DNA of 64,000 nt from Candidatus Adlerbacteria bacterium (GCA_037135035.1 JBAXLB010000002.1:4993-68992); one strand, 5' to 3'; counted from the first letter of the stretch, positions 45,555 to 56,122 are shown. The notes: a model not told the origin generated them from the letters alone. Translations and numbers: made by a program.

Positions 45555-47504
45555 ATGAATGGGGAAAGCGGTTTGAACGATGCCCAAAAAGAGGCAGTGG
45601 AGACTACAGAGGGTCCGCTACTTGTCATCGCAGGTGCCGGAGCAGGCAAAACACGAGTTATCGCCCACCGGATTTTAGAAATTGTACAAAAAGGTGTGGC
45701 CCCAGAGCAGATTTTGGCTATCACGTTTACCAACAAGGCGGCAACGGAGATGCGCGAGCGGGTGGTTGGCCTTTTGAGGAAGTTTGAGGGGCCTACGCAA
45801 AACCCTCTGCGTCGATCTTCGGCTCCGCAGCCGGGTTTTGCTTCGGCCAGCGCACCGTTTGTTTCTACCTTCCATTCGCTTGGTCTGCAGATAATTAAAG
45901 AAAATCATGTCTTGCTGGGGTACAAACGCACTCCAACCATATACGACCGCGCAGACTCTATGCGCGAAGTAAAAGCAGCGCTGAAGACACTCGGCAACGA
46001 AGAAATTGAACCACGTACAGCACTTGGCATTATTTCCAAACAAAAAGGGCAGGGACGCGAGGCAGCCAGTTTTGCAGAAAAGGCCGAGATGCCCGTCGAC
46101 CGGGTTGTGGGGCAGGTGTGGCTTGCGTACGACGCAGCACTTAAAAAAGACGGCGCTGTAGACTTTGACGACCTGCTTGTAAAAGCGATGCGCCTGCTGC
46201 AAAACAACGAAGAAGTACGCCTTTCCTACCAAAAGCGCTGGCGCTATGTACATATAGACGAATACCAAGACACTAACTCGGTGCAGGCAAAAATGGCCGA
46301 GATGCTTGTGGGCCCCGAGAAAAACATTTGTGCCGTGGGCGATATCGACCAAACTATCTACGGCTGGCGCGGTGCAGAAATTGCCAACATACTTTCGTTC
46401 GAAAAAAAATATCCCGGGGCAAAAATTATTCTGTTGGAAGAAAACTACCGCTCGACCAAAAATATTTTGGCCGCTGCAAACGAGATAATTGCAAAAAACA
46501 CCAACCGCCGCGAAAAAAACTTGTACACGAAAAATACTGATGGCGAGCAACTTGGCCTATACCAAGCGTTTGACGAAACTGACGAGGCAGGCTTTATCGT
46601 ACGAAAAATAAAAGAGCATATACGCGATGGCAGGCAGCCAAGAGACTTTTGTGTGCTGTACCGGGCAAACTTTCAGTCGCGCGCTATTGAAGAACAGCTC
46701 TTAAACTCTGGGCTCGAATACCAACTGCTTGGAACAAAATTTTATGAACGCAAAGAAATAAAAGACGTACTTTCGTTTATCAAAGCGGCGATACACGGAA
46801 CACCGGGGGACTTGGCGCGCATTGCAAACGTGCCACCGCGCGGTATTGGCAAAGTGACGCTGCTTAAAATCTTAAGCGGGCAAGAAGATGCGCTCGGCGG
46901 CGCAGTTGGAGACAAAGTAAAAAACTTGCGCTTCCTACTTTCAAAAATACATATAAAAGCAACAGAGATGATACCGTCTGAATTTTTGAAATTTGTCATT
47001 GTCGAGTCGGGGTTAGAGCGTATGTTCCGCGAAGATAAAATAGAAGGGCCAGAGCGCCTAGAAAACTTGCGCGAACTTGTGTCGCTCGCGGTACGTTACG
47101 ACGCGTTTGGCCCGGGAGAGGGGTTGGACCAACTACTTGAAAACGCAGCGTTGCAGAGCGACCAAGACGAGCTGAAAGAAAACGCAAACGCCGTGCGACT
47201 TATGACCGTGCATGCATCAAAAGGTCTTGAATTCCCGTTTGTGTTTATCACCGGACTTGAAGAAGGGCTCTTTCCATACGAGCGTATGGGCGAAGAAAAC
47301 TCCGACAAAGAAGAAGAGCGCCGTTTGATGTACGTGGCCATTACGCGTGCCGAGAAAAAATTATTTCTCACCTTTGCGTCGTACCGAACAGTCTTTGGTT
47401 CTAAAAACGCAACCATCCCGTCGCAATTTCTCTCTGACATATCAAACCACCTGGTCAGTTGGGAAACCCCCGAGCGTATTGGAAGAACAATATATTTGGA
47501 TTAG
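45555..47504 (+). CDS. pcrA: UvrD/PcrA-family ATP-dependent DNA helicase
   Basis: 649 aa. LNDAQKEAVE, Walker A AGAGAGKT, DEYQDTN, and helicase motifs through VHASKGLEF. Confidence 0.9.
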   Translation: MNGESGLNDAQKEAVETTEGPLLVIAGAGAGKTRVIAHRILEIVQKGVAPEQILAITFTNKAATEMRERVVGLLRKFEGPTQNPLRRSSAPQPGFASASAPFVSTFHSLGLQIIKENHVLLGYKRTPTIYDRADSMREVKAALKTLGNEEIEPRTALGIISKQKGQGREAASFAEKAEMPVDRVVGQVWLAYDAALKKDGAVDFDDLLVKAMRLLQNNEEVRLSYQKRWRYVHIDEYQDTNSVQAKMAEMLVGPEKNICAVGDIDQTIYGWRGAEIANILSFEKKYPGAKIILLEENYRSTKNILAAANEIIAKNTNRREKNLYTKNTDGEQLGLYQAFDETDEAGFIVRKIKEHIRDGRQPRDFCVLYRANFQSRAIEEQLLNSGLEYQLLGTKFYERKEIKDVLSFIKAAIHGTPGDLARIANVPPRGIGKVTLLKILSGQEDALGGAVGDKVKNLRFLLSKIHIKATEMIPSEFLKFVIVESGLERMFREDKIEGPERLENLRELVSLAVRYDAFGPGEGLDQLLENAALQSDQDELKENANAVRLMTVHASKGLEFPFVFITGLEEGLFPYERMGEENSDKEEERRLMYVAITRAEKKLFLTFASYRTVFGSKNATIPSQFLSDISNHLVSWETPERIGRTIYLD

Positions 47505-47508
47505 CGGT

Positions 47509-48294
47509 ATGCAAAAAATAGTAAAGAAAAAATCCCTCGGGCAACATTTTTTAAATGCACCAACATACTTGCGTGCCATGGCCGATGCGGCGGACATACA
47601 AAAAGGGGAGTGTGTGCTAGAAATTGGACCCGGGGAAGGAGCCCTTACAAGAGAGCTGCTTGCGCGCGGAGCAAAAGTAGTTGCTGTTGAAAAAGACCAT
47701 CGCTTAATTTCAGTACTAGAAGAAACATTTGCAGATGAAATACAAAATAAAAAACTTTTTGTGCACGAAGGCGATGCACTCGAGGTTGATGTAGAAAAAA
47801 TAATAGGGAAGAAAAATTTTAAACTTGTCGCCAATATCCCGTACTACATAACAGGTGCACTGCTGAGAAAATTTTTGTCTGAAGAAAAAACACAGCCAAG
47901 CACTCTTGTATTTTTAGTACAAAAAGAAGTCGCAGAGCGCGTCGCAAAAAGCGCAAAAGAAAGTATTCTCTCACTTTCAGTCAAAATATACGGCAATGTG
48001 AAGTATATAAAGACTGTGCCGCGCGGCGCATTTTCTCCACCACCCGACGTAGACTCTGCAATTTTGGCAGTAACAAACATCTCGCGGAGTAATTTTAGGG
48101 ACGCAGCACATGAGAAAAAGTTTTTTACTATATTAAAGAGTGGCTTTGCACAAAAACGTAAAATGTTGAAGAAAAATATTACAGGAATTTTTGGAAACGG
48201 AACTGAAGCTGCTATGCAGAATGCAGGCATCGCAGAAAACGCTCGTGCAGAAGATGTACCACTAGAGAAGTGGTTGGCACTCTCGGGGCACTAA
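47509..48294 (+). CDS. rsmA: 16S rRNA (adenine1518/1519-N6)-dimethyltransferase
   Basis: 261 aa from the ATG at 47509. LGQHFL opening and LEIGPGEGALT SAM motif. Confidence 0.88.
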   Translation: MQKIVKKKSLGQHFLNAPTYLRAMADAADIQKGECVLEIGPGEGALTRELLARGAKVVAVEKDHRLISVLEETFADEIQNKKLFVHEGDALEVDVEKIIGKKNFKLVANIPYYITGALLRKFLSEEKTQPSTLVFLVQKEVAERVAKSAKESILSLSVKIYGNVKYIKTVPRGAFSPPPDVDSAILAVTNISRSNFRDAAHEKKFFTILKSGFAQKRKMLKKNITGIFGNGTEAAMQNAGIAENARAEDVPLEKWLALSGH

Positions 48295-48301
48295 ACGTAT
48301 A

Positions 48302-48760
48302 TCAAAGTACTAGCGGTGGGCTGGGTAGCCAACTCTGGTTTGCCCATTGCATACGCTGGCCGGGGAGAGGAGGCCACACAAAAGGAGGAATGGGCGAAAC
48401 ACAACTAAAAGGAACGGGCGTTGGAACTGACCCTGGAATACAACACCAGAAGGGGATGTCCGCGATACCCGCAATTTCTTGCAGTGGAGCGTACGGAGGA
48501 GGAATGTCGAGCGAGGGGGGAAGAGGAGGGGGACCTCCGCGTAGTGTTGCTATCGTCCAAACATACACAGGTATTTTGGTAAATGGGGCCGGAACTATAA
48601 CAACCCACATAGACGGACCTAAGAGGCTAAGACAGGGAAAGACAAATTCAATTCTGCCGCCGAATGAAAGCCCAGCTTGAGCCTGCGCAGAAGCAGAAAA
48701 AGGCGCGAGCAATGTTGCGGCGAGGACAATACCGACTGTAAAGCGTGCCATACCTGTCAT
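48302..48760 (-). CDS. secreted Pro-rich hypothetical protein, raised GC
   Basis: 152 aa. Signal peptide MTGMARFTVGIVLAATLLAPFSASAQA. Mature part is Pro/Cys-rich. Confidence 0.45.
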   Translation of the reverse strand: MTGMARFTVGIVLAATLLAPFSASAQAQAGLSFGGRIEFVFPCLSLLGPSMWVVIVPAPFTKIPVYVWTIATLRGGPPPLPPSLDIPPPYAPLQEIAGIADIPFWCCIPGSVPTPVPFSCVSPIPPFVWPPLPGQRMQWANQSWLPSPPLVL

Positions 48761-48807
48761 ATATATAGAGAGTATACTCCAAAAACAATTGTATACTTAC
48801 AGGTGCA

Positions 48808-49701
48808 ATGAGGGCACCAACGTATCTCCCGAGTAGTCAATTTTCCGTTATTGTAGGGTCATTATTACTGTCGGTTGGTCTTGTATTCGCAGCAAACGCG
48901 TTTACCACACATGCTCCAGCACCCGCTGTGACGGTTGCACAGACAACAGATACAAGTAGTACAAACCCAGACTGGAAAGCATCACTCGACACCGTGCAGG
49001 CAGAGTCGGGAACCAACCTCCCAACCCCAGCCGACCAAAATGATGTCAACAACCTTTTACAAGCGGCGCAAAGCTCAAATATTACCGACCGCCTTTCACG
49101 TACCTTGCTTGTTAACTTAAGTAATGCAAAAACCCAAGGGTTAGGCGACGACATCCCAACACAAAACGAACTTATTACTGGCGCACTTGCCCAAATTGGA
49201 ACAGCGCAGCCTACAAAACAATATACTGACGCTGACATTAAGGTTACCGACAACTCATCCAGGAGTTTGCACGACTATGGCAATGCGTTAATGAGTGTTT
49301 TTAAGAAAAATGCAAATGGAGAATTCCTTAAAACACTGTCTATTGTCGACAATGTCACTGCAACCAACGATCCAAGCGAGTTTAAAGAATTCCCGGCGCT
49401 GCAAAAAAAGTATGAGGTGTTTATACAGGGAATGCTTGCTATAGTCGTACCAAAAACACTCCTTCCATTCCACTTAGGACTCTTAAATGACTTTGCAAAA
49501 ATGATCGCAACATATGGAGACATGCAAACTGTGTTGTCGGACCCACTGCGTGGACTTTCAGGTATCCAACAATACAACTCACTTGCGCAAGATGGCGGCA
49601 AAATGTTTATAAATATCGCGCAGGCACTAGAGAAAAACGGTATACTTTTTACTAAGGACGAGTCGGGTGCTTCGTGGGCTTTGTTTGGAACCCCACATTA
49701 A
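48808..49701 (+). CDS. membrane-anchored hypothetical protein (first gene of the T4SS-like block)
   Basis: 297 aa. N-terminal TM/signal anchor. Thr/Ala-rich linker. Confidence 0.5.
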   Translation: MRAPTYLPSSQFSVIVGSLLLSVGLVFAANAFTTHAPAPAVTVAQTTDTSSTNPDWKASLDTVQAESGTNLPTPADQNDVNNLLQAAQSSNITDRLSRTLLVNLSNAKTQGLGDDIPTQNELITGALAQIGTAQPTKQYTDADIKVTDNSSRSLHDYGNALMSVFKKNANGEFLKTLSIVDNVTATNDPSEFKEFPALQKKYEVFIQGMLAIVVPKTLLPFHLGLLNDFAKMIATYGDMQTVLSDPLRGLSGIQQYNSLAQDGGKMFINIAQALEKNGILFTKDESGASWALFGTPH

Positions 49702-49721
49702 ATACTGCGGGAAGAAACTAC

Positions 49722-51830
49722 ATGCGAAAAGTAATTTATATCATCCTCACCGCACTCGCAGTACTGGCGCTTGTGCTTCTTGCATGGTGGTGGTTTTTCC
49801 GTCATGCACCGCCCGGAGTACCCACAAACGGGACATTTGGTACTGCAGCAAATTCAACCGGAGGAAATAGCACCGGCACTACAGGTGCAAACAATACAGG
49901 AACTACGCTTCCTCAAAACGGGGGTACCGAAACACAAACTAACGTACAACTTGGGAACGTTGGCGCTTCGACCGGAGGCACTGGGGGCCCGGGCGGTATA
50001 AATTCAACCACAACACCCGGCCGGCCGGCCGCAGTAGCACAAGGGCAAATAGGCGTGCCTGGTGTTATTTGGCTTTCAGGTGTCTCCCCGGGGACAGCGA
50101 CCCCCACAAACAATGGCTTTCCCGGCACTGTTTTTAACCCTATAGGTATAAACGATATTCTTGACTCAAACCCAACGGGTAGTAGTGGAGTTATCCCCGA
50201 CATTGGCATCAGTGGTAACGGGCAGCAAGGGGCTGGAGGTGGCGGGGGACTTGGCCTTGCTGGGACTGCAGCCATAGCAGTTGGGGCAGGCGCGCTTGTC
50301 TGCGGCGCATCGACAGGTATTAGCCTTGCGATGCAAGCACTCGGTCTTGCAACTGGCGAGGCGTCGGCTGTGGCTCACCAAACTCCAGGTATGACGCTAG
50401 CATTGGGTCTTTTACCATTGAGCGTTATGGAAGTAAACCTTGGTCAGGTGATTGCAACCATAGGTGGAAGCACCGCTCTTGGGGGAACAACTGGGGCAAA
50501 TGTAGGAGCAGAGAATGGATCTTTTTCTGTTAACACATTTCTTGGTTGTATTGCCCGCACTATTGCAAAAATAGCGATTCAACAAATAACCAACAGCGTT
50601 GTTAACTGGATCAACTCCGGGTTTAAAGGCTCACCTTCTTTCGTACAAGACCCAAGCAAATTCTTTACTAACGTTGCCGACAGTGCAGCCGGTACATTTA
50701 TACAAAGCAGTGCACTTTCCTTTTTGTGCAGTCCATTCCAGCTGCAAATTAAAATCGCCATAGCCGCGAGTTACGCCCAACGTAACGCCAATTCCTGTAC
50801 CCTGACAGGCATCATAAAAAATATAAATAACTTTATGAACGGCAATTTCCTTTCCGGCAACTGGGCAGGGATGATTTCCTTTACTACCATGCCAACCAAC
50901 AACCCCTACGGCGCATTTATGTTTGCGTCTGTCAGCCTCAATGCGGCAACCTCACAGGCAAAAGGCCAAACACAGACAAACCTATTGCAAGCTGGAGGCT
51001 TCTTGGACTTTAAAGAAGAAGTCAACTGTAAAGATGTAGGCACCACTGCTCCTCCAACTTCACCAGGTAAATCTGTTAAACCAATAGAGGGACCTGGAGG
51101 CACCCACTACAGAGTCTGCAACCTTAGAACAACAACGCCCGGCAAGATAATCGAGACTTCTCTGTCAAAAACCTTAGATGGTTCGCTCGACGGGCTTAAC
51201 TTGGCAAAAAGCTTTGACGAAATCCTCGGTGCACTCATTACCCAACTCCTTACACGTACACTGCAGTCGGGCCTTTCAAACTTGAGCGGTGCAGGCGGCT
51301 ACAGCAGCAACTTCTACAGCCCCGACCAGCTGCAGGCACAAAACCTTGGGCAAACACTCCTCTCACAAATGCAGGGCGACGTGGCATATATCCAGCAATA
51401 TGCGTCCATACAGCAAGGGAGCATTAGCGATATTGAAAATACACAGCAGCAGCTGCATAACCTTGTTGACTGCTGGCGCAATGTTGCAAGTACATCACCA
51501 AAATTTGGACAGGCACAGTCAAACGCCGCACAAGCGTCGAGCACCATTGATGCGCTGAACGTTACAATTAACGCTTACAACGACCGCATAACCGCAGCAA
51601 ACAATAGTATTATTGTTATGCAACAACTCCAGAGCCAGGCACTTTCGGCAGGCTCCACAGCAGACGTAAATTCAGTAACGGCTACATACAACACCACGCG
51701 GAATTCTGGCAAAATCCCTACACAAAACGACGTAGTTAACGCGCAGCAAAACCGCACCACACTCCAAAGCCAGATGAACGCCCTCAACCAGCAAACTGCC
51801 GTAAAGCTCCAACAATGTAATGCTTTTTAA
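49722..51830 (+). CDS. large membrane-anchored Gly/Thr-rich surface protein with C-terminal coiled coil
   Basis: 703 aa from the ATG at 49722. TM anchor, Gly/Asn/Thr low-complexity region, Gln-rich coiled-coil tail. Confidence 0.5.
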   Translation: MRKVIYIILTALAVLALVLLAWWWFFRHAPPGVPTNGTFGTAANSTGGNSTGTTGANNTGTTLPQNGGTETQTNVQLGNVGASTGGTGGPGGINSTTTPGRPAAVAQGQIGVPGVIWLSGVSPGTATPTNNGFPGTVFNPIGINDILDSNPTGSSGVIPDIGISGNGQQGAGGGGGLGLAGTAAIAVGAGALVCGASTGISLAMQALGLATGEASAVAHQTPGMTLALGLLPLSVMEVNLGQVIATIGGSTALGGTTGANVGAENGSFSVNTFLGCIARTIAKIAIQQITNSVVNWINSGFKGSPSFVQDPSKFFTNVADSAAGTFIQSSALSFLCSPFQLQIKIAIAASYAQRNANSCTLTGIIKNINNFMNGNFLSGNWAGMISFTTMPTNNPYGAFMFASVSLNAATSQAKGQTQTNLLQAGGFLDFKEEVNCKDVGTTAPPTSPGKSVKPIEGPGGTHYRVCNLRTTTPGKIIETSLSKTLDGSLDGLNLAKSFDEILGALITQLLTRTLQSGLSNLSGAGGYSSNFYSPDQLQAQNLGQTLLSQMQGDVAYIQQYASIQQGSISDIENTQQQLHNLVDCWRNVASTSPKFGQAQSNAAQASSTIDALNVTINAYNDRITAANNSIIVMQQLQSQALSAGSTADVNSVTATYNTTRNSGKIPTQNDVVNAQQNRTTLQSQMNALNQQTAVKLQQCNAF

Positions 51831-51849
51831 ATTTCTACATTCATCAAAA

Positions 51850-54345
51850 ATGCAAAAGGTGCTCCGCTGTGCCGTAGCATTTTTTTTGCTTGTGGTTGTG
51901 TTTTCCCCTGCATTAGCTGTGCTTGGAACACCCACAACAGTGCATGCGCAACAAGGACAAGGAGCAGATCCTAATGCAAAGTTTTGTGACACAACCAGCA
52001 CTTGTCTTACATCCGTGGTTTACCTGTTTACTGTGTATTGGACAAGTGGGCTTGTCTACGTTGGAAGCTACGTCTTTAACTTTGGGCTGCAACTTGGCCT
52101 TAACAGCAGCTCGTATGCGCTCGACTTCCTTTCCCAAGGCTGGGCAGTGGTGCGCGACATCGCTAATTTAGCCTTTGTTTTTATTCTTATTTACATTGCC
52201 TACACTATTATTGTCCAAGCAGAAACATCTGGAACGATGAAGACCTTGGCAATGGTTATTGTTATGGCGCTGCTTATCAACTTTAGCTTTTTCCTAACAC
52301 GCATTGTCATAGATACAGGCAATATCTTAGCAATACAGTTTTACAATGCCATAGACGTTCGAGACCCTCAAAACCCGCGGTTAGCGGCAACTATTGCGTC
52401 ACCTCTTGGAGGAAATAACAACCCGGTGATAAAAGATATGAGCGCCGGCATTATGAATGCGGTACAAATACAAAATCTCCTCGGTACGGAATCATTTAAG
52501 AATTTTACTGACCAAGCTCAAAACTTTAGTGGTTTTCTTGCAAACGTTGGTTTACAGATACTTCTCTACACTACTGTGGCTATATTTTTTGCCCTTATTG
52601 CTTTTATCTTTTTTTCCGTCGGAATTAATTTCCTTATACGTATCGTAACTCTCTGGTTTGTTATTATTTTTGCTCCTCTTGCGTTTGCAGCACGTTCATT
52701 GCCGCAAGTTAAATACGCAAAGAAATACTACGACCTGTGGCAACAGCACTTAGTCGAGTCGGCATTTTACCCGGCGATATTTCTGTTTATGTTTTTTATA
52801 ATCACCTTGTTCCTTAAGGAGCTTGCTGGATCGACAGGTCTTATCCCAGAAGTATTTAAGGCTGCACAAGGCACGCGAGGATACCAGGCTCTTTTCATAA
52901 TAATGGGCAATGTAGGTATACGGGTAGGCCTCCTTATAGTTATGATGTTCTATGCGCTGAAATTTTCTGACTCCTTTAGCAGCCAGGGTAGCGCTGCCGT
53001 AAAAAATATCGGCGGTTGGGCAGGAAGCAAGGCAGCACAAATTGGTGCAGGCACCTCTGCCTGGGCAGCGCGTAATACCGCAGGACGTGCCGCAAATGCG
53101 CTGTCACGCACTAATGCGGTTCAAAACTTTGCAGCAAACTATGCAATTGGTCGTGGCGTTAAGAATACACTTACAGGAATCGCGGGCTCGAGCATGGATA
53201 TTCGAGGTGTTTCTGGCCTTAAATCTGTCTTGGGCAAGGTGAACATCGACGCAGGGAAGGCTGGTGGCAAAGGTGGCTTTGCAAAGAAGGAGGCCGACCG
53301 TGCAAAACGTATAGAAGCTGACGCAAAAGACCTGAAGGGCGATGCCGTCGACATAGACAAGGCACAGAAAAAACATGAGGCTGACTATGACAGAGCTCAT
53401 AACAAATCTGGAGCCTATAAAGAAAACCTGAGTGAACTTAAAGGTATTAAAAATCTAGCAGAAGCTCTTGCTAAAACTGGAGCAACTAAAGAAGAAAGAG
53501 ACGAGAATAAGAAAATAGCAAAAGAGACTGGAGAAAAAATAAAGAAGGAGGAAGAATTTGGTAAAAAGAAAATTGAAACTTTAAACACAGAACGTCTTAA
53601 TGCTCTTGCTAATAGATTGGGGGAGAAAAATTGGCAAAACTTGGGCACCATACCATTAGTGCGAGATACGCCTATCTTAAATCGAGCATTCGGGCCGTCG
53701 CGTGGCAGTATAGAAGGAGCATTGAAGGTGGGTGGAATGACTCGAGGGAAAAACCCAACAGAGACTTTGAGGGACGCTCTCCAAGGGGCTGGGATAGTAG
53801 CTCCTGCGCCGGCTCCAGTTCCTCCACCCGCTCGAGCACCTCTAACCAAAACCGCTATTCTAAAAGATGCACAAAGGCCAGGAGGCCTTGGGACAGCAGC
53901 AAATACTGAAATAACAGATAGCCCAATCTTTAGAGAAATAGCATCAAGATTGCGAGAAACAAACAGACTTGAAAAAGCTCAACTCACTGAAGAACAGGAG
54001 CAAACCAGGCTAGCAAGAGAAGGGAAAAAGGCTCTCTCTTCAATACAAACTCAAAAATCTAGAGAGTCTACCCCTCAACAAGTTGTTGTAGAGCAGCAAA
54101 AGAATCCCACCAGGCAACGTACTCCGGTCGATAAAGGCCGAGTTGGAGCAGGATTCATCACCGACTCAAGAGGCCTGGCACCTACACGAAATGACAAATC
54201 TCAAATTACTAGGGGCGATATGCTCGCAATACGGAATACTCTCGAGAGAATACGTCGAAATACGGAGACAAAACCGGAAACACCTTCCTCAACAGCAGCA
54301 CCAACACCTACGATAGAAATACCTAAAGATACTCCAAAGAAATAA
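51850..54345 (+). CDS. polytopic membrane protein, VirB6/TrbL-like T4SS channel component with long charged C-terminal tail
   Basis: About 832 aa. Signal peptide, then 6 or more TM helices with a Trp-containing periplasmic loop pattern. K/E-rich hydrophilic tail. Confidence 0.45.
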   Translation: MQKVLRCAVAFFLLVVVFSPALAVLGTPTTVHAQQGQGADPNAKFCDTTSTCLTSVVYLFTVYWTSGLVYVGSYVFNFGLQLGLNSSSYALDFLSQGWAVVRDIANLAFVFILIYIAYTIIVQAETSGTMKTLAMVIVMALLINFSFFLTRIVIDTGNILAIQFYNAIDVRDPQNPRLAATIASPLGGNNNPVIKDMSAGIMNAVQIQNLLGTESFKNFTDQAQNFSGFLANVGLQILLYTTVAIFFALIAFIFFSVGINFLIRIVTLWFVIIFAPLAFAARSLPQVKYAKKYYDLWQQHLVESAFYPAIFLFMFFIITLFLKELAGSTGLIPEVFKAAQGTRGYQALFIIMGNVGIRVGLLIVMMFYALKFSDSFSSQGSAAVKNIGGWAGSKAAQIGAGTSAWAARNTAGRAANALSRTNAVQNFAANYAIGRGVKNTLTGIAGSSMDIRGVSGLKSVLGKVNIDAGKAGGKGGFAKKEADRAKRIEADAKDLKGDAVDIDKAQKKHEADYDRAHNKSGAYKENLSELKGIKNLAEALAKTGATKEERDENKKIAKETGEKIKKEEEFGKKKIETLNTERLNALANRLGEKNWQNLGTIPLVRDTPILNRAFGPSRGSIEGALKVGGMTRGKNPTETLRDALQGAGIVAPAPAPVPPPARAPLTKTAILKDAQRPGGLGTAANTEITDSPIFREIASRLRETNRLEKAQLTEEQEQTRLAREGKKALSSIQTQKSRESTPQQVVVEQQKNPTRQRTPVDKGRVGAGFITDSRGLAPTRNDKSQITRGDMLAIRNTLERIRRNTETKPETPSSTAAPTPTIEIPKDTPKK

Positions 54346-54366
54346 TTATTAGTAAGATACGTACTT

Positions 54367-54957
54367 ATGGAAGAAAAAACAATACAGGAAAAAATTAAAG
54401 AGAGGTTGGCAGAGCTACCGCAAGATGTGCAAGACGCGGTACTTTCAGCAGACATGGGCACACACATCCACTCTATTGGGCAAAAGCACGGCCTCCACAT
54501 AGACCAAATAGGGAAGCTGGAGGATGAAACAATGCTTGTAATGCTTGGTTTTTTTGACGCAGATACATTTAACCAACAAATACAAGACCAACTTGCAATA
54601 CCAGCCGAAGATGCTGCCGCAATAGCAGGGGAGGTGAGCGACACTGTCTTTGCACCTATACGTGAGTCGTTAAAAAACTTTGTAACTAACAAGGCCACCC
54701 CAGAAAAAGTAGAACAAAATTCGGCCTTGCCTGCAGTACAAATAGCCCCACTTCCTGCTGTCACAGCACTTTCAGCTCCAGCGGTCGCTTCTGTACCTGC
54801 AATTTCTATGCCGGTAGCTGAAAAAATGCTTACAGAAAAAACAGTAGTGGTAGCTCCAACTATGCCAGCACCTGCCCTAGTGCAAAATACCCCTGCCCAG
54901 CCAACAACACCGCGGCCCATATACAAAACTGACCCCTACCGCGAGCCAATTGAGTAA
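54367..54957 (+). CDS. hypothetical protein in the T4SS block
   Basis: 196 aa. Acidic N-terminal half, Ala/Pro/Val-rich C-terminus. Confidence 0.45.
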   Translation: MEEKTIQEKIKERLAELPQDVQDAVLSADMGTHIHSIGQKHGLHIDQIGKLEDETMLVMLGFFDADTFNQQIQDQLAIPAEDAAAIAGEVSDTVFAPIRESLKNFVTNKATPEKVEQNSALPAVQIAPLPAVTALSAPAVASVPAISMPVAEKMLTEKTVVVAPTMPAPALVQNTPAQPTTPRPIYKTDPYREPIE

Positions 54958-54991
54958 AGCCCTATACAAAACTGATATATACTAATGAGGA

Positions 54992-55423
54992 ATGCGCTAT
55001 CAAGTTCCTCAATTTATCGAAGTTGAAGATAAAATATTCGGCCCCCTTACGCTGAAGCAGTTTATCTATTTGGCCGGTGGGGCAGGCTTGTGTCTTATAT
55101 TTTTTAGCTTGTTGCCGCTCTACATAACTATTACTCTTTCACTGCCAGTCGCTGGTTTTTCCTTTGCGCTTGCGTTTTATGAAGTTAACGGCCGCCCGTT
55201 TTTAAACTCTATTGAACATGCCTTTGGGTATTTTGTCGGCAGCAAACTCTATTTGTGGAAGCAACGTTTGCCTTCCGCTGGGGAAGGACAGGTTGTAACG
55301 CCAGCAAGCGCTCCTTCTACAACAATTACCGTACCCAAACTTTCTGACAGTCGCCTTAAAGACCTTGCGTGGTCGCTAAATATTAAGGAACGCGCCGCCC
55401 TTACCGATATAAAGAACATCTAA
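54992..55423 (+). CDS. PrgI/TcpE-family (VirB3-like) small membrane protein
   Basis: 143 aa. QFIEVEDKIFGPLTLKQFIYLAGG followed by two TM helices. Directly precedes the VirB4 ORFs. Confidence 0.55.
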   Translation: MRYQVPQFIEVEDKIFGPLTLKQFIYLAGGAGLCLIFFSLLPLYITITLSLPVAGFSFALAFYEVNGRPFLNSIEHAFGYFVGSKLYLWKQRLPSAGEGQVVTPASAPSTTITVPKLSDSRLKDLAWSLNIKERAALTDIKNI

Positions 55424-55424
55424 T

Positions 55425-56093
55425 ATGGCTGACAACGCGACAAAAGCACAGGCAACACAGGAATTTGTACCCATACAAGAGGTACGTGGCGGTATTATTA
55501 TTTTAAAAGACGGCTCTATGCGGTCGATGCTTATGGCGTCGTCTATTAACCTGGCCCTAAAGTCGCAAGACGAGCAGGCGGCGATAATTGGGCAATTTCA
55601 AAACTTCCTTAACTCACTCGAGTTTAGTGCACAATTTTTTATCCAGTCGCGAGACTTAGACATCCGCCCCTACATTGGGTTGTTGGAAGCTCGTTACACC
55701 GCCGAGCTAGACGATTTGATGAAAATACAAATAAAAGAATACATTGCCTTCATTAAAGACTTTACCGCACGCTCCAACATCATGACAAAAAACTTTTTTA
55801 TCGTGGTGCCGTACGACCCCGCACTTGTTGCCCGCGGCAGCGGTGTTACAGGAATTGTAAATGCGCTGATACCTTCAAAAAGTACCGGCGGGGGAGGAGT
55901 ACTTACCGACGAGCAGTTTGAAGAGTACCGCGTACAGCTTGAGCAACGCGTATCGGTTATAGAACAAGGTTTAATACGCACCGGTGTGCGTGTGGTGGGC
56001 TTGGGGACAGAAGAAATTATCGAACTGTTTTACAAACTCTTTAACCCGGGCGAACTTGAAAAACCGCTGCAAGTAACACAAGTTGCAAAGTGA
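55425..56093 (+). CDS. VirB4-family ATPase, N-terminal CagE/TrbE/VirB domain fragment
   Basis: 222 aa. FVPIQEVRGGIIILKDGSMRSMLMASSINLALKSQDEQ matches the VirB4 N-terminal consensus. The start is 2 nt after the PrgI-like stop. Confidence 0.55.
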   Translation: MADNATKAQATQEFVPIQEVRGGIIILKDGSMRSMLMASSINLALKSQDEQAAIIGQFQNFLNSLEFSAQFFIQSRDLDIRPYIGLLEARYTAELDDLMKIQIKEYIAFIKDFTARSNIMTKNFFIVVPYDPALVARGSGVTGIVNALIPSKSTGGGGVLTDEQFEEYRVQLEQRVSVIEQGLIRTGVRVVGLGTEEIIELFYKLFNPGELEKPLQVTQVAK

Positions 56094-56122
56094 TACTATA
56101 AAGAAGCTTCGTACACCTTTTT

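Noticed and set aside
45675-46550. 291-aa minus-strand ORF antisense to pcrA
   Set aside because: Shadow ORF. Phe/Val-rich translation typical of antisense to an AAA-rich coding strand.
55425-56093. Treating the 222-aa ORF as an independent protein unrelated to VirB4
   Set aside because: Its motifs match the VirB4 N-terminal domain. The following ORF starts with the next VirB4 block, and the sizes sum to a normal VirB4. Kept as a fragment, but flagged.
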